DNA from: an uncultured delta proteobacterium
GTDB lineage: Bacteria; Desulfobacterota; Zymogenia; Zymogenales; Zymogenaceae
DNA length: 27,427 nt
Direction: 5' to 3'
Assembly: GCA_963792965.1 (NCBI GenBank)
Contig: CAWBYW010000022.1
Coordinates: forward strand, 1 to 27,427
Shown: positions 15,027-25,128 of the stretch, piece by piece
Layout: each line of letters starts with the position of its first letter
Numbering within the stretch: position 1 is the first letter of the stretch
Made by a program: the position numbers and the translations under genes
Notes under the pieces: model-generated
The model's input: the letters and a program-made list of their open reading frames with translations, nothing else
What the model was told of the DNA's origin: nothing
Databases searched by the model: none

Positions 15027-15161
15027 ATGGGCGATGATCTGTTTCGGGCGGTCGCCGTCGTCGTCATTCTCTACGCCGTCTATCACGTCGCAACGCTCGT
15101 CCGAAACGTCATCCGCGAGTCCCGCAAACGGAGAAAGAACAAGCCGCCCCGTGATGCGTAG
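15027..15161 (+). CDS. 44-aa single-pass membrane protein (below the length cutoff of the ORF track)
   Basis: GAGG shortly before the ATG; MGDDLFRAVAVVVILYAVYHVATLVRNVIRESRKRRKNKPPRDA; third codon positions are mostly G/C as in neighbouring genes. Confidence 0.55.
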   Translation: MGDDLFRAVAVVVILYAVYHVATLVRNVIRESRKRRKNKPPRDA

Positions 15162-15491
15162 ACCGAGCACGCCGAGCATCGGCGTCGAGATGCGGCGACG
15201 GGTGCGGCGGTAGCGACGGGGGAACGCTCGCCCGGCCTCCGTGCGCGCTTGGCGTGACCTCATCGTCTCTCGTCCAGGGAGGAGACCGGGTCCGTCAATT
15301 CCCTTCTCTGTGCCGGCTCCACCCGTCCCGGTCGAATCGCGACAGCCGATTTCTATCCCACGGCCTTTACACGGCCGTTTTTTTGTGATACGGTTTCAAG
15401 GACTATCACGCAACGGCGCCTCAGAGCTGGCTCATCGGCGCCGTCTTCAGACAATACTCAACCACTCACATACTCGCGGAGGTAAAGCAAA

Positions 15492-16607
15492 GTGAAATCG
15501 CGAAAGATATGGACCTTCCTGTGTGTCTTCATCATCATTGCCTGCATGGGAAGCTATTCCTGCACGAAGAAAAAAGGAACGACCGGTAAGACATCGGAGG
15601 GGGCCGTGCCGGGAGAAACGCTCAAAAGCCCGGTCTTTGCCGTTGAGCCGAAGTTTGATGACTGCCTCCCCTTTTCCGAGGGGATGGCAGGGGTCTTCAT
15701 GGACGGTAGGTGGGGATTTGTCGACAAGACGGGAGCGACGATCGTGGCGCCCGCGTACAGCGAGGTGGCCTCGTTCAGTGACGGTATGGCCCCGGTGGAA
15801 GTCGAAAGCAAGTGGGGGTTCATCGACAAAACGGGAGCGGTCGTTATCCGGCCTCAATTCATCTATCCCTATCGGGCCGGCGGCCCTCCCTATATGTTTT
15901 CGGAGGGGCTGGCCGCGGTATATAAAACAGGGATGTGGGGATACATGGACAAGTCCGGGAACTTTGTCATCAAACCCCAGTTTGACGTCGCCGGACCTTT
16001 TATCGGGGGGCTCGCCCACGTGGAGACAGGAGATAAAACCCTTTTCATAGACAAGACGGGAAAGACCGTTATCTCCGTGAAATGCACGTGGGCGCTCCGC
16101 TTTTCGGAGGGACTTGCGGCGATCAACGTAAACGATAAGATCGGCTTCATCGACAAGACCGGGAAGGTGGTCATCGCCCCGACATACGACGCCAAATACG
16201 AGGACGTGGTCGTGCCGCCGGTCTTCTCCGAAGGGCTTGCCCCGGTGAAGGTGGAAAAGAAATTCGGGTATATAAACCCGAAGGCAAAACTTGTCATTGA
16301 AGCGAAGTATGATTTTGCCGGTCCCTTCTCGGAAGGCCTGGCCCCGGTAATGCCGGACAAGAACAAGCCGAGTATCGGGTTCATCGATAAGACCGGAAAG
16401 ATGGTCATCGAACCGGCGTTTACCGATGGCGGAACCTTCATGGAGGGGCTGGCCGCGGTAAAGACGAACGAGAAATGGGGATTCATCGACAAGACGGGCC
16501 GGACGGTCATCGAGCCTCAGTTCGACTGGGCCTGGAACTTCTCCGAGGGGCTGGCACAGGTAAAAGTGGACCGGAAGTGGGGCTATATCAAAAATCCACT
16601 GAAGTAG
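15492..16607 (+). CDS. WG-repeat (WG_beta_rep/KWG-type) lipoprotein
   Basis: GGAGG RBS, GTG start, lipobox-like SYSC; about 7-8 repeats of FSEGLAxV...WGFIDKTGxxVIxPxF. Confidence 0.92.
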   Translation: MKSRKIWTFLCVFIIIACMGSYSCTKKKGTTGKTSEGAVPGETLKSPVFAVEPKFDDCLPFSEGMAGVFMDGRWGFVDKTGATIVAPAYSEVASFSDGMAPVEVESKWGFIDKTGAVVIRPQFIYPYRAGGPPYMFSEGLAAVYKTGMWGYMDKSGNFVIKPQFDVAGPFIGGLAHVETGDKTLFIDKTGKTVISVKCTWALRFSEGLAAINVNDKIGFIDKTGKVVIAPTYDAKYEDVVVPPVFSEGLAPVKVEKKFGYINPKAKLVIEAKYDFAGPFSEGLAPVMPDKNKPSIGFIDKTGKMVIEPAFTDGGTFMEGLAAVKTNEKWGFIDKTGRTVIEPQFDWAWNFSEGLAQVKVDRKWGYIKNPLK

Positions 16608-16824
16608 CCCGGTGCGGAAGAGAAGAAGCAGTGCCCTCGATGATACGGGGCCGCCACCGGGTGGCCCGCTTCTTATGCGCCCTCCGGCCTCTCTCGCGCT
16701 CCAAGCACCGTGCGCCGCGTGAGCGGGCATCAGCGGGTTCTTACTTCTTGTCTCTTTTGACTTTTTTTCTACCCGATTTATGGTATCATTTATAGGTGCA
16801 TATCCATTGACAGGAGGAGTTGAC

Positions 16825-17829
16825 ATGAAAAAGGTCGCTATTAACGGACTCGGGAGGATCGGACGGCTCGTCCTGAGAAACTTCATCGAGACTCCACCGG
16901 ACAACATCGACATCGTCGCGGCAAACGACATGACGCCGATGGACGACCTGGCCTATCTATTGAAGTACGATTCGGTCCACGGTCGGGCCCGCTTCGACAT
17001 TAAATTCGGCGAGGGCTACCTTGAGCTCGACGGAAAGCGGATCGCCGTGACCCACGATAAAGAGCCGGCTAGGCTCCCCTGGAAGTCGCTCGGTATCGAC
17101 ATCGTCATGGAGTGCACCGGGGCTTTCCGGGGGCGAGCAGACGCGGGCAAGCACATCGACGCCGGGGCGTCCCGCGTTATCATCAGCGCCCCATCCGACG
17201 ACGTAGACGGCACCTTCGTCATGGGGGTAAACGAGAAGACCTACGACCCTTCTAAACACCACGTCATCTCCAACGCCTCCTGCACCACCAACTCGCTGGC
17301 GCCCGCCGCCAAGGTGCTCAATGACGTCTTCGGGGTGGACTACTTGATGGTCACGACCATCCACGCCTACACGTCGAGCCAGTCGCTCGTGGACAAAGCC
17401 GCTCGAAAGATGCGGCGGGGACGGGCCGCCGGCGTTTCCTTTATCCCCACCTCGACCGGTGCAGCAAAGGCCACGGCGCTCGTCCTTCCGGAGCTTGAAG
17501 GCAAGATGGACGCGATCGCGGTGCGTGCGCCGGTCCCGGACGGGGCCGTCACCGACATCGTCGCCCACCTGAAAAAAGACGTTACGGTTCAGTCCGTCAA
17601 CAAGGCCTTCAAGGACGCCGCCGAGGGCGCGCTCAAGGGGATCCTCGCCTATTCCGAGGATGAGCTGGTCTCCGCCGACATTATCGGCTGCCCCCACTCG
17701 GGGGTCGTAGACGCCATCTCCACCATGGTGATACTGGACCGCGTCGTCAAGGTTTTTGTCTGGTATGACAACGAATACGGATACTCACACCGGATGCTTG
17801 ATCTGGCGCAGTATATATCGAAAAAATAG
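16825..17829 (+). CDS. gap: Type I glyceraldehyde-3-phosphate dehydrogenase
   Basis: VAINGLGRIGR, KYDSVHG, SNASCTTN, TTIHAYT, IPTSTGAAKA, WYDNEYGYS; AGGAGG RBS. Confidence 0.97.
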   Translation: MKKVAINGLGRIGRLVLRNFIETPPDNIDIVAANDMTPMDDLAYLLKYDSVHGRARFDIKFGEGYLELDGKRIAVTHDKEPARLPWKSLGIDIVMECTGAFRGRADAGKHIDAGASRVIISAPSDDVDGTFVMGVNEKTYDPSKHHVISNASCTTNSLAPAAKVLNDVFGVDYLMVTTIHAYTSSQSLVDKAARKMRRGRAAGVSFIPTSTGAAKATALVLPELEGKMDAIAVRAPVPDGAVTDIVAHLKKDVTVQSVNKAFKDAAEGALKGILAYSEDELVSADIIGCPHSGVVDAISTMVILDRVVKVFVWYDNEYGYSHRMLDLAQYISKK

Positions 17830-17915
17830 GGCCTCTTACAGGCCGTTGTCCCGACGCGTGGGAGCGTTTCTTGAGAAATCGCGGGTTCTGTGCCCGTCCA
17901 ACAACGGAGGTTGCG

Positions 17916-19487
17916 ATGAAAAGATCCTCGGCGATCAAAGCCGCCGCGCTTGTCTCTCTCTTGTGCCTCGCCGCCCCGATGGCGTCACGCGCGGACCGGG
18001 GGATGTTCGTGATATCGGCCGACCCCGACATCACGCTCACGGAGGGCGCGCAGCGCGCCGTCATCGCGTTCAACGGCAACAGCGAGATCCTCATCCTCGG
18101 CACCGAGGCTTCCGCCACGGTGGAGGGAAAGGTCCTCGAGTTCCTGCCCCTCCCGTCGGCGCCCGTGATCGAGGAGGCGACAAGCGATATCTTCGAGCAC
18201 GTGATCTACCTCATCAACAGCCGCGCCCCCAAGAGCTCCGAGCCGGGCACGAGGGAAGGCAACCCGGCGCGGGGAGGACTCCCCGGCATCGAGGTAGTAT
18301 CGGAGGCCAGCATCGGCCCCCATGACGTCACGGTTGTCAAGATCGAGAGCGCCGACTATTTCCTTGAGTGGATCGGTGACTTCTACAAGAGGGCGGGAAT
18401 CGCCTCTGGGCCCGCGAAGGCCCACGCCATGAAAGACATCGTCGACCTCTACCTGAAGCGGGGCGTTCCCTATTTTGTCTTCGACGTGGTTACCGTCAAG
18501 AAAGAGAAAACCGGCATCGCCCCGCTCCTCTACCGTTTCGAGACCGGCTCCCTTTACTATCCCCTTGAAATATCGTCGAAAACGGCGGGCGACACCGAGA
18601 TCGACCTCTTCCTCGTGACCCCGGGGGCGCCGAAGGAGGGCTCTTTCCCCAAGGGGTTCTCCATCCCCAATTACGTCTTTCCGACCGACATCTTTGGAAG
18701 TGAAAAGACGTCCACCGGGGTCCCGATCTCCTTCCCGGTGAGCATGATCGAGCGTGTCGGGATCTTGCCCGCGTTCGCACGTCTGATCCCGGGATGGGAG
18801 ACGAAGACCTACTTCACCGCCGTAAGATACCGGGGGCCGCTGTCGGGGCTCTTCGGCGATTTTACGCTCGACAAATCGGATTTTAAGGATGCGGATTTCG
18901 ACGGGGTGAAAGATGCGATCGATCGGCGGGCAACGCTGTCCGACTCTGCGCCGCCGGGAACACGGGATCTGGTGACGATGTCGGGCGAGGGCGCCCCATC
19001 GCTCGCAACTTCGGCCAGCGGATCGGAGACCCATTACCTCGGCCGAGAGTTCTTTTCAGTGGAAAAGGTCACGTTTCCTGCCTCCTATACGTCCGACGCC
19101 GCCGTGGATGGAGATGCCTCCACCCCCTTCATCCTGAGGAGTAATGAATCATGGCAGGTCGACCTCGGGGCCGCGCGGGAGATCGATACGGTCGACATCC
19201 TGGCGGCAGTCCCCATCCCCGATAAAGACACCACCTACACCTATGGGATTCGTCTCCTTGCCTCCGACTCCGGAAGGTTTGCCGGTGAGCAGAAGATGGT
19301 GGGCAGCGCCCTCATCGAGAGCTATACCGAGATGGACAAGGGCGATGACCCCACGCACCATGAGACAATGCTGCGGCTGACCGAAAGGCCGATCAGGGCC
19401 CGTTACCTGAGGATCGAGTATATCCCCTACGGGGCGTACAACGATCTGTTGCTATTCGAGGTGATGCCCTGGGTGAAGGGGGAGTAG
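17916..19487 (+). CDS. Exported DUF2330-like protein with a C-terminal discoidin/F5-8-type domain
   Basis: GGAGG RBS, signal peptide ending ASRA. AQRAVIAFNGNSEILIL, FLPLPSAP, IGPHDVTVV, YYPLEISS; C-terminal AVDGD..WQVDLG..ARYLRI. Confidence 0.7.
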   Translation: MKRSSAIKAAALVSLLCLAAPMASRADRGMFVISADPDITLTEGAQRAVIAFNGNSEILILGTEASATVEGKVLEFLPLPSAPVIEEATSDIFEHVIYLINSRAPKSSEPGTREGNPARGGLPGIEVVSEASIGPHDVTVVKIESADYFLEWIGDFYKRAGIASGPAKAHAMKDIVDLYLKRGVPYFVFDVVTVKKEKTGIAPLLYRFETGSLYYPLEISSKTAGDTEIDLFLVTPGAPKEGSFPKGFSIPNYVFPTDIFGSEKTSTGVPISFPVSMIERVGILPAFARLIPGWETKTYFTAVRYRGPLSGLFGDFTLDKSDFKDADFDGVKDAIDRRATLSDSAPPGTRDLVTMSGEGAPSLATSASGSETHYLGREFFSVEKVTFPASYTSDAAVDGDASTPFILRSNESWQVDLGAAREIDTVDILAAVPIPDKDTTYTYGIRLLASDSGRFAGEQKMVGSALIESYTEMDKGDDPTHHETMLRLTERPIRARYLRIEYIPYGAYNDLLLFEVMPWVKGE

Positions 19488-19536
19488 GAGTCGGCTTCCC
19501 CGCCCGGCCGCGGAAGGCCGATGGACTCCGAAACAG

Positions 19537-19569
19537 AAACGGATACCTCACGAGGGTGTCCGTTTTTTT
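19537..19569 (+). terminator. Intrinsic terminator
   Basis: AAACGGATACC...GGTGTCCGTTT stem followed by a T-run. Confidence 0.7.
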
Positions 19570-19710
19570 CTCTATCGGTTTTCCCCCTTTCATCTTGATT
19601 TTTTTTACCGATCGGATATCATGGACGGGCGCCTGTCGGCAAAGATACCGCGGCCCGTGCGCCTCGGGTGAGTCTTTCATGCTTCCTCTATCCCTTGGCA
19701 GGAGACCTGC

Positions 19711-20400
19711 ATGTACTGGCACCTGATACCCGTCCCAATGGTCCTTCTGGCTATCTATCTCTACGTCGTCGCCCGCTCCAAGAACGACCTGAGGCGGGTG
19801 GCGGTCGTCCAGCCGCTGGCCACGATCCTCATCATCGTGGTCTGTGCGCTCTCCCTGTTGTCTTCCCGCGCGGTGCCCGGTTTTACCGTCTGGATCCTTG
19901 TGGGGCTCGTCCTTTCGCTGATCGGTGACTTCCTCAACGTCGACATGACCGATCAGAAGACGGTCATGGTGGGCCTTATCATCTTCGTGTTCGCCTACCT
20001 CGTCTACCCCATCGGCGTGACCGTCTATAACGGATTTCATACCGCGGATATCATCGTGACGATCTTCTTCCTGATCTATCTTGTAGTCTTCATTGCATAT
20101 CTCTGGCCGGGCCTGGGCTCGATGAAGGTCCCGGTGATCATATACGGCGCGGTCCTCTGCTTCATGGTGAGCCGGGCGGTCTCGACTTTTTTCGGCGGCG
20201 TCTTCTCCACGGCTCAGGCCGTGCTTTTGACCGCGGGCACCGGGATGATATTCGTGGGCGACTCCCTGTTTGCCCTCGAGACGTACAAGAAGCCCGCCCC
20301 GCCCCCTCTCGTCATGAGGCTCAAGGTGATCGGCCCCCTCCTCTATGCGGGGGGTCAGCTCCTCATCGGCCTTTCCCCTTCTTATTTCCCGGGGAATTAG
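19711..20400 (+). CDS. YhhN/lysoplasmalogenase family membrane protein
   Basis: About 8 TM helices; GLVLSLIGDFL, MKVPVIIYGAVL, GMIFVGDSL, LYAGGQLLI. Confidence 0.8.
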   Translation: MYWHLIPVPMVLLAIYLYVVARSKNDLRRVAVVQPLATILIIVVCALSLLSSRAVPGFTVWILVGLVLSLIGDFLNVDMTDQKTVMVGLIIFVFAYLVYPIGVTVYNGFHTADIIVTIFFLIYLVVFIAYLWPGLGSMKVPVIIYGAVLCFMVSRAVSTFFGGVFSTAQAVLLTAGTGMIFVGDSLFALETYKKPAPPPLVMRLKVIGPLLYAGGQLLIGLSPSYFPGN

Positions 20401-20481
20401 GCGGATGCGAAAGCCGCGCCGGCGGCGGGTTTGAGAATGCTCGTACTCGGTTGGATCTCTGGAACAGTGCGGAGGGACACA

Positions 20482-22000
20482 ATGACACAGACGGACGAAA
20501 AGGCCCATAAATCGATCGCCGTATTCGATGTCGGCAAGACCAACAAGAAGCTGATTGTCTTCAACCACCGCCTCGAGCTTATCGACGCGGTATACCACAC
20601 ATTCAATGAGTATGAAAAGGACGGGGTATACATCGAGGCCGTCGAGGAGGCCGCCGAGTGGCTGCGGGTATCGCTCAGGGAGATGGCCGCCCGCCACGAC
20701 ATCGGCGCTATCTCGATCTGCACCCACGGGGCGGCCTTTGCCTGCATTGACGCGGACGGCAGGCTCGCCGTTCCCCTCCTCTCCTACACCACCGATCCCG
20801 GTGAGCTGTTTAACAAGAGATTTGCGGCCGATTTCGGCGACCCGATAACGTTGCAGAGGGAGACGAAGACCCCCAATATGGTCGGCCTCGGCTGCATGGC
20901 CAAGGGGATCAGGTTCGCGCAGGAACGGTGGCCGGAGGCGTTCAAAAATACGGCCGCGATTCTGGCGCTGCCTCAATACTACGGATTTCTGCTGACCGGG
21001 AACAAAGCGATCGACCCGACCAACGTCGGGTGCCACACGGCCTTCTGGAACTTCGAGAAGAACGACTGGTCGCCTGTTATCACAAAAATGGGCATACGCT
21101 CCCTCTTCCCCCGGTCGATATCGGCGCCGTGGGATGTCCTGGGGACGATCACGCCCGACCTCGCGCAGAGGACAGGGCTTTCCGGGGACACGGTGGTCAC
21201 CGTCGGCATCCACGACTCCAACGCGTCGCTCCTTCCGTATCTCGTCAAGGAAACCGGCGCCTTCGTCGTCAACTCCACGGGGACCGTCTCGGTATCCCTC
21301 TGCCCGACGAAAGACACCGCCCTTACCGAAGAAGAGCTCGGCAAGATCGTCTACTATAACCTCTCCGCATTCAAGACGCCGGTAAAGACGGCGATCTTCC
21401 TGGGCGGGATGGAGTTCGACACCTACCTCGGGCTCCTCACGTCGGTCCACGGCGCACAAGGCGCACCCTGCGCTCGATCCCGCCCTCATCGAGGAGGTCC
21501 TGACCGAAAAGCGCTGCTTTGTCCTGCCGTCCTTTATCCCGTTTGGGATGTTCCCGGATTCCCCCGCCCGGATCATCGAGGGCGACACGGTGATACCGAT
21601 GGGCGAGCTCTTCGGCGGCACGCACCCCGACTTCTTCAAAGACTTCACAAAGGCCTACACGATCCTCGTGCTCTCGGCTGCCCTGCAGGCCGAGGTCGCG
21701 CTGAGGGCCGTGGGGCTGAAGGACGGGATGCAGCTATTCATCGAGGGGGGGTTTGCGAAAAACGAGATCTACACGAATCTTGTCGCCGCCCTCTTTCCGA
21801 AACTGGTGACGGCCACGACCGGATTTGAGGAGGCCACCGCATTCGGGACCGCGCTCCTCGGCAAAGCCGCGCTTGATAAGGTAAATCCGAAACAGCTCTC
21901 AAGCCTCTTTGAGATCGAGACCCGCCCGGTCCCCGCGCGAAAGTTCAAGGGGCTGGCGGCGTATCGGGACGAGTTCCTGAGGCTGGTGGGGGGGAAATAG
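20482..22000 (+). CDS. FGGY-family carbohydrate kinase; frameshift near 21455
   Basis: VFDVGKTNKK, CTHGA, VGCHT, GIHDSNASL, NSTGT; a +1 shift joins ORF 21548-22000 (EGGF, EATAFGTALLG). Confidence 0.88.
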
Positions 22001-22135
22001 GCGGGTGCATTCGGTCCCGTCTTGCGCGCGTGGGTCGGCAAGCCTCGTTTGTCGGTACCCTCCGCCGGTCCGGGCTGAGACGGTCGCGGCGCATTTCTCT
22101 CTAAAATGGGCAAGGGGTTTCCGTGGCGCGATCGA

Positions 22136-22679
22136 CTATTTCTTTTTCCCTCTCATCCCCTCCACTACCCACCGGTACTTCTCATGGATCAACCGGCGGT
22201 CAAACGCGATGAACTCGGCCGCCATCGCCTCGTCCTCCTTTTTCGTGAGGTAGCGCAAGCAGGCTCACGAAAAATTCCTTCTCCTCTTTTTCCATGTGCG
22301 GGGGATAAAAGGTGATGAACTCTGTAAGAAGAGCAAGGATCCTCCCCGCCCCGGCCTGATTCCCCGCTCGGTAGTCGGCGTTGAGCGACCTTAGCTCCGT
22401 TGCGTTTTTCCGCGCGCGGACATGGTCGTCGATGAGGCTTTGCATCACCTCCGTGTCGATGATCGTCATCGTCTTTTTGGCAAGCTCGCTAAAAACGATC
22501 CCTTCCTCCTTGCCGTGATGCGTGAGGTCGGCATAGGTCTCGATAAAATCCACAGTCGTCTCGATGAAGACGGGATCGATCTTCCTGGTCTTCCTGATGG
22601 CGACGATCTCACCCTTCACCGCGTCGATCATCCGCTCGATGAGACGATGTTCCTCCGTCAATAACTCGGTTGACTTCAT
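22136..22679 (-). CDS. Hemerythrin (HHE cation-binding) domain protein; frameshift near 22265
   Basis: GGAGG RBS; EEHRLI, HHGKEEGIVF, DDHVRAR, HMEKEEKEFF; the other frame continues LRYLTKKEDEAMAAEFIAFDRRLIHEKY to TAG at 22136. Confidence 0.85.
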
Positions 22680-23001
22680 GGCTACTCCTCCCTCTTCACC
22701 TTTCCGAAGGCCTATCATCGAAGCCGGCTCAGGTGGCATCCTCCCCGATTCAGTACCAACGATGTGGATTCATTATATCAGACGATGCGGCTACCGACAA
22801 CCTCTTCGGGGTCACTATTGCCCTCACGCGTCGCCGCTTTTTCTTGCCGACCGCGGCCCCGCCGGCTTGTCGTCCGTCCCGCCCGCCCCCGGCCTTCCCT
22901 TACCGTTCTTAAAGCCAACGCGCCCATACGCGGTTATAAAATAGGCGTTGAAGAGAACGCTGCTCTGTGATATGAATAGATAGTTTAACCACGGAGCGTC
23001 G

Positions 23002-23781
23002 ATGGCAGCGGCAGATGAAACGATAGTGCGGTTTGAGCTCCCCGATATCCTGTCGGCCGCACTTATTCCCGGCAAGAAGCGGCCCCTTCACGGGAAAATG
23101 GGAAGCGCCCGCTCCGGCGATGCCCTGCTCATTTCGGCGGCCGCCCCCCTGCTTGCCGTCGCCGACAGCCCGGAGCGAAATCCCGGCGCTTCGTCCTCGT
23201 TCCTTGCCAGGTTTCACGACGGGCTTGCCGCGTCCTTGATACTGACAGCGGAAGAGGGACCGATCGAGGAGACCTTTACTAAGATTGTCGACTATGTCAA
23301 CGGCCTCTTAAAGACGGTCAACTACCACGACAGCACGACGTTTTCCGCCCTGATACTGAGGCAATACCGAGCCGAGACGTACGGGATCATGCTTCATACC
23401 GGGGATTCGCTCTTGTTCCGCGCCGCGCGCATCGGAGAAAAGACCAGCGGGATGGAGCAGCTCACGCACACCAACCACTATCTCGTGGGACGCTCACCAA
23501 TCATCTCCCAGACGGAGATCCTCACGCTTCACAACACGGACCGGATCATCCTCTGTTCCGACGGCATCACCGATATCGCGCGGGCACAGGCCCTCGGCCC
23601 CGGTGAGTTCCTCGCCCGCTGTGCGCCCGATCCGACCCCCCCGGCCCTGCTGGAGGGGATCATTGCCTCAGCCGCCGAGAGTCTCATCAGGCTTGATGAT
23701 ATCGGCGTTATCTGCGCCTCGGTGGGCCCACTGATGGCGGCGGCGCACGGCGCGTGCGGCGAGCGGACCATCCTCACCTGA
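23002..23781 (+). CDS. Divergent PP2C/SpoIIE-type (PPM) phosphatase domain protein
   Basis: SGDA, LAVADS, STTFSA, HTGDS, LTHTNH, ILCSDGITD, DDIGVI. Confidence 0.75.
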   Translation: MAAADETIVRFELPDILSAALIPGKKRPLHGKMGSARSGDALLISAAAPLLAVADSPERNPGASSSFLARFHDGLAASLILTAEEGPIEETFTKIVDYVNGLLKTVNYHDSTTFSALILRQYRAETYGIMLHTGDSLLFRAARIGEKTSGMEQLTHTNHYLVGRSPIISQTEILTLHNTDRIILCSDGITDIARAQALGPGEFLARCAPDPTPPALLEGIIASAAESLIRLDDIGVICASVGPLMAAAHGACGERTILT

Positions 23782-23807
23782 TTTGAGCCCTCTTCCCAAG
23801 GCAAAGA

Positions 23808-24887
23808 TTACCGGGAGATATCGTCGGCCTTTGTACTCTCTTTGAGATAGACCTCACGGGTCGGGAAAGGTATCTCGATCCCCTCTTCCTTATAGCGGAC
23901 AAAGAGACGCTTGATGAACTCGTGGATGACCAGGTACTGGTCGGTATATTCCCGCACCTTGAGCACGGCGTTGAACCTGACGGCGAAATCGGAAAGCTCG
24001 GTAAAACGCACGACCGGCTCAAAGTCATCGATGCCGCCGGCGACATCTTTCATCACCGAGCGAGCCACGTCCACCGTGACGCGCTCGACCCGAGCCAGGT
24101 CGCTCGTATAGCTGACGCCCACCGGCACCACCACCGTGATCTCTCGGGACGGCTCGTACAGGTTTGTGACGATGGTCTGAGAGACCTTGTTGTTGGGGAC
24201 GATGACGACATTGTTGGAAAGCGTCCTGATGATCGTGTTTCTCCACGCTATGTCGGTAATATATCCCTCCGTCCCCGATTCGATCTTCACGTAGTCGCCG
24301 GGCTTGATCTTCTTGGAGGCGATGATCTGAATCCCCGCGAAAAGGTTTGAGAGGGTATCCTGCAGCGCGAGGGCCGCAGCCAGACCGCCGATGCCGAGGG
24401 CCGTCAGGATCGGGGTGATGGAGATATCAAGAGCCGAAAGCGCCACCAGTGTGCCGATGATGAGGATGATCAGGTAGCTGACGTTCGCAAAGAGGGTTGT
24501 GGAGGGATATTCCATTCGCTTGAAATAGAAGTTTATGAACCCGACCGATATCCGCGCCAGGACCACCGTGGCCGAGAGGATGACGAGGATGAGGAGGATC
24601 TTGTCGATCGGGACGGCATATTTCCGTTTCAGATGAAGCTCGTCCACGGCAAAGTGGATGCCGGCCAGCGTAAACCAGAGGATCCCCATCCGCTTGAACG
24701 CCCGGATGATAAAGTCGTCGAACTTGAACCGGGTCCCTTGGATGAGCCGGTTGAGCCGCCTGATGAGTATTTTCTCTAGCACGAAGCCGACGACCAGACC
24801 GCCGACGACGAAGACCGCGGGCATGAAGTACTTATACTCGACCAGATTATTGAAGAAGGCGGCGATATCATTAAAAAGGTGGTTCAT
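23808..24887 (-). CDS. mscS: MscS family small-conductance mechanosensitive channel
   Basis: LGIGGLAAALALQDTLSNLFAGIQI, IKPGDYVKI, DIAWRNT, VPNNK, GIEIPFP; AGGAGG RBS before the ATG at 24887. Confidence 0.9.
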   Translation of the reverse strand: MNHLFNDIAAFFNNLVEYKYFMPAVFVVGGLVVGFVLEKILIRRLNRLIQGTRFKFDDFIIRAFKRMGILWFTLAGIHFAVDELHLKRKYAVPIDKILLILVILSATVVLARISVGFINFYFKRMEYPSTTLFANVSYLIILIIGTLVALSALDISITPILTALGIGGLAAALALQDTLSNLFAGIQIIASKKIKPGDYVKIESGTEGYITDIAWRNTIIRTLSNNVVIVPNNKVSQTIVTNLYEPSREITVVVPVGVSYTSDLARVERVTVDVARSVMKDVAGGIDDFEPVVRFTELSDFAVRFNAVLKVREYTDQYLVIHEFIKRLFVRYKEEGIEIPFPTREVYLKESTKADDISR

Positions 24888-25128
24888 ATATCTCCTCCTG
24901 TGGCCCCGTTTCGGAAGGCAGCCGGGCACTTTGAGCAAGGTATCAGTTGTTAGGATTGCCTGAATATCTTAGAGTGTTTGACCGTTTCTGTCAAAAGGTT
25001 TTACCGTCCGGCCCCTCGGTGTCGCTACAGGCCGGAATATCCTTGCTTCACGGCTAAAAATGGTGCAAAATTATTAGTAACATGAGATGGGAATCCGTTT
25101 CTCTGGACTGACATGGTAAGGAGTTGAA

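Noticed and set aside
14943-15263. 106-aa minus-strand ORF
   Set aside because: Arg-rich with no motifs; the plus-strand 44-aa ORF explains the region better.
15660-16600. Recurring DNA motif TTCATCGACAAGAC(C/G)GG as a possible CRISPR array or DGR repeat
   Set aside because: The copies are degenerate at synonymous positions, in frame, and encode FIDKTG of the WG repeats; no cas or reverse transcriptase gene is present.
15447-16931. 494-aa minus-strand repetitive ORF
   Set aside because: Mirror of the WG-repeat gene; its repeats are just the antisense reading.
17985-19034. 349-aa minus-strand ORF
   Set aside because: Antisense shadow of the DUF2330-like gene.
19393-21648. 751-aa minus-strand ORF
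   Set aside because: Antisense shadow of the YhhN and FGGY kinase genes; no motifs; such ORFs are expected with GC-biased codon usage.
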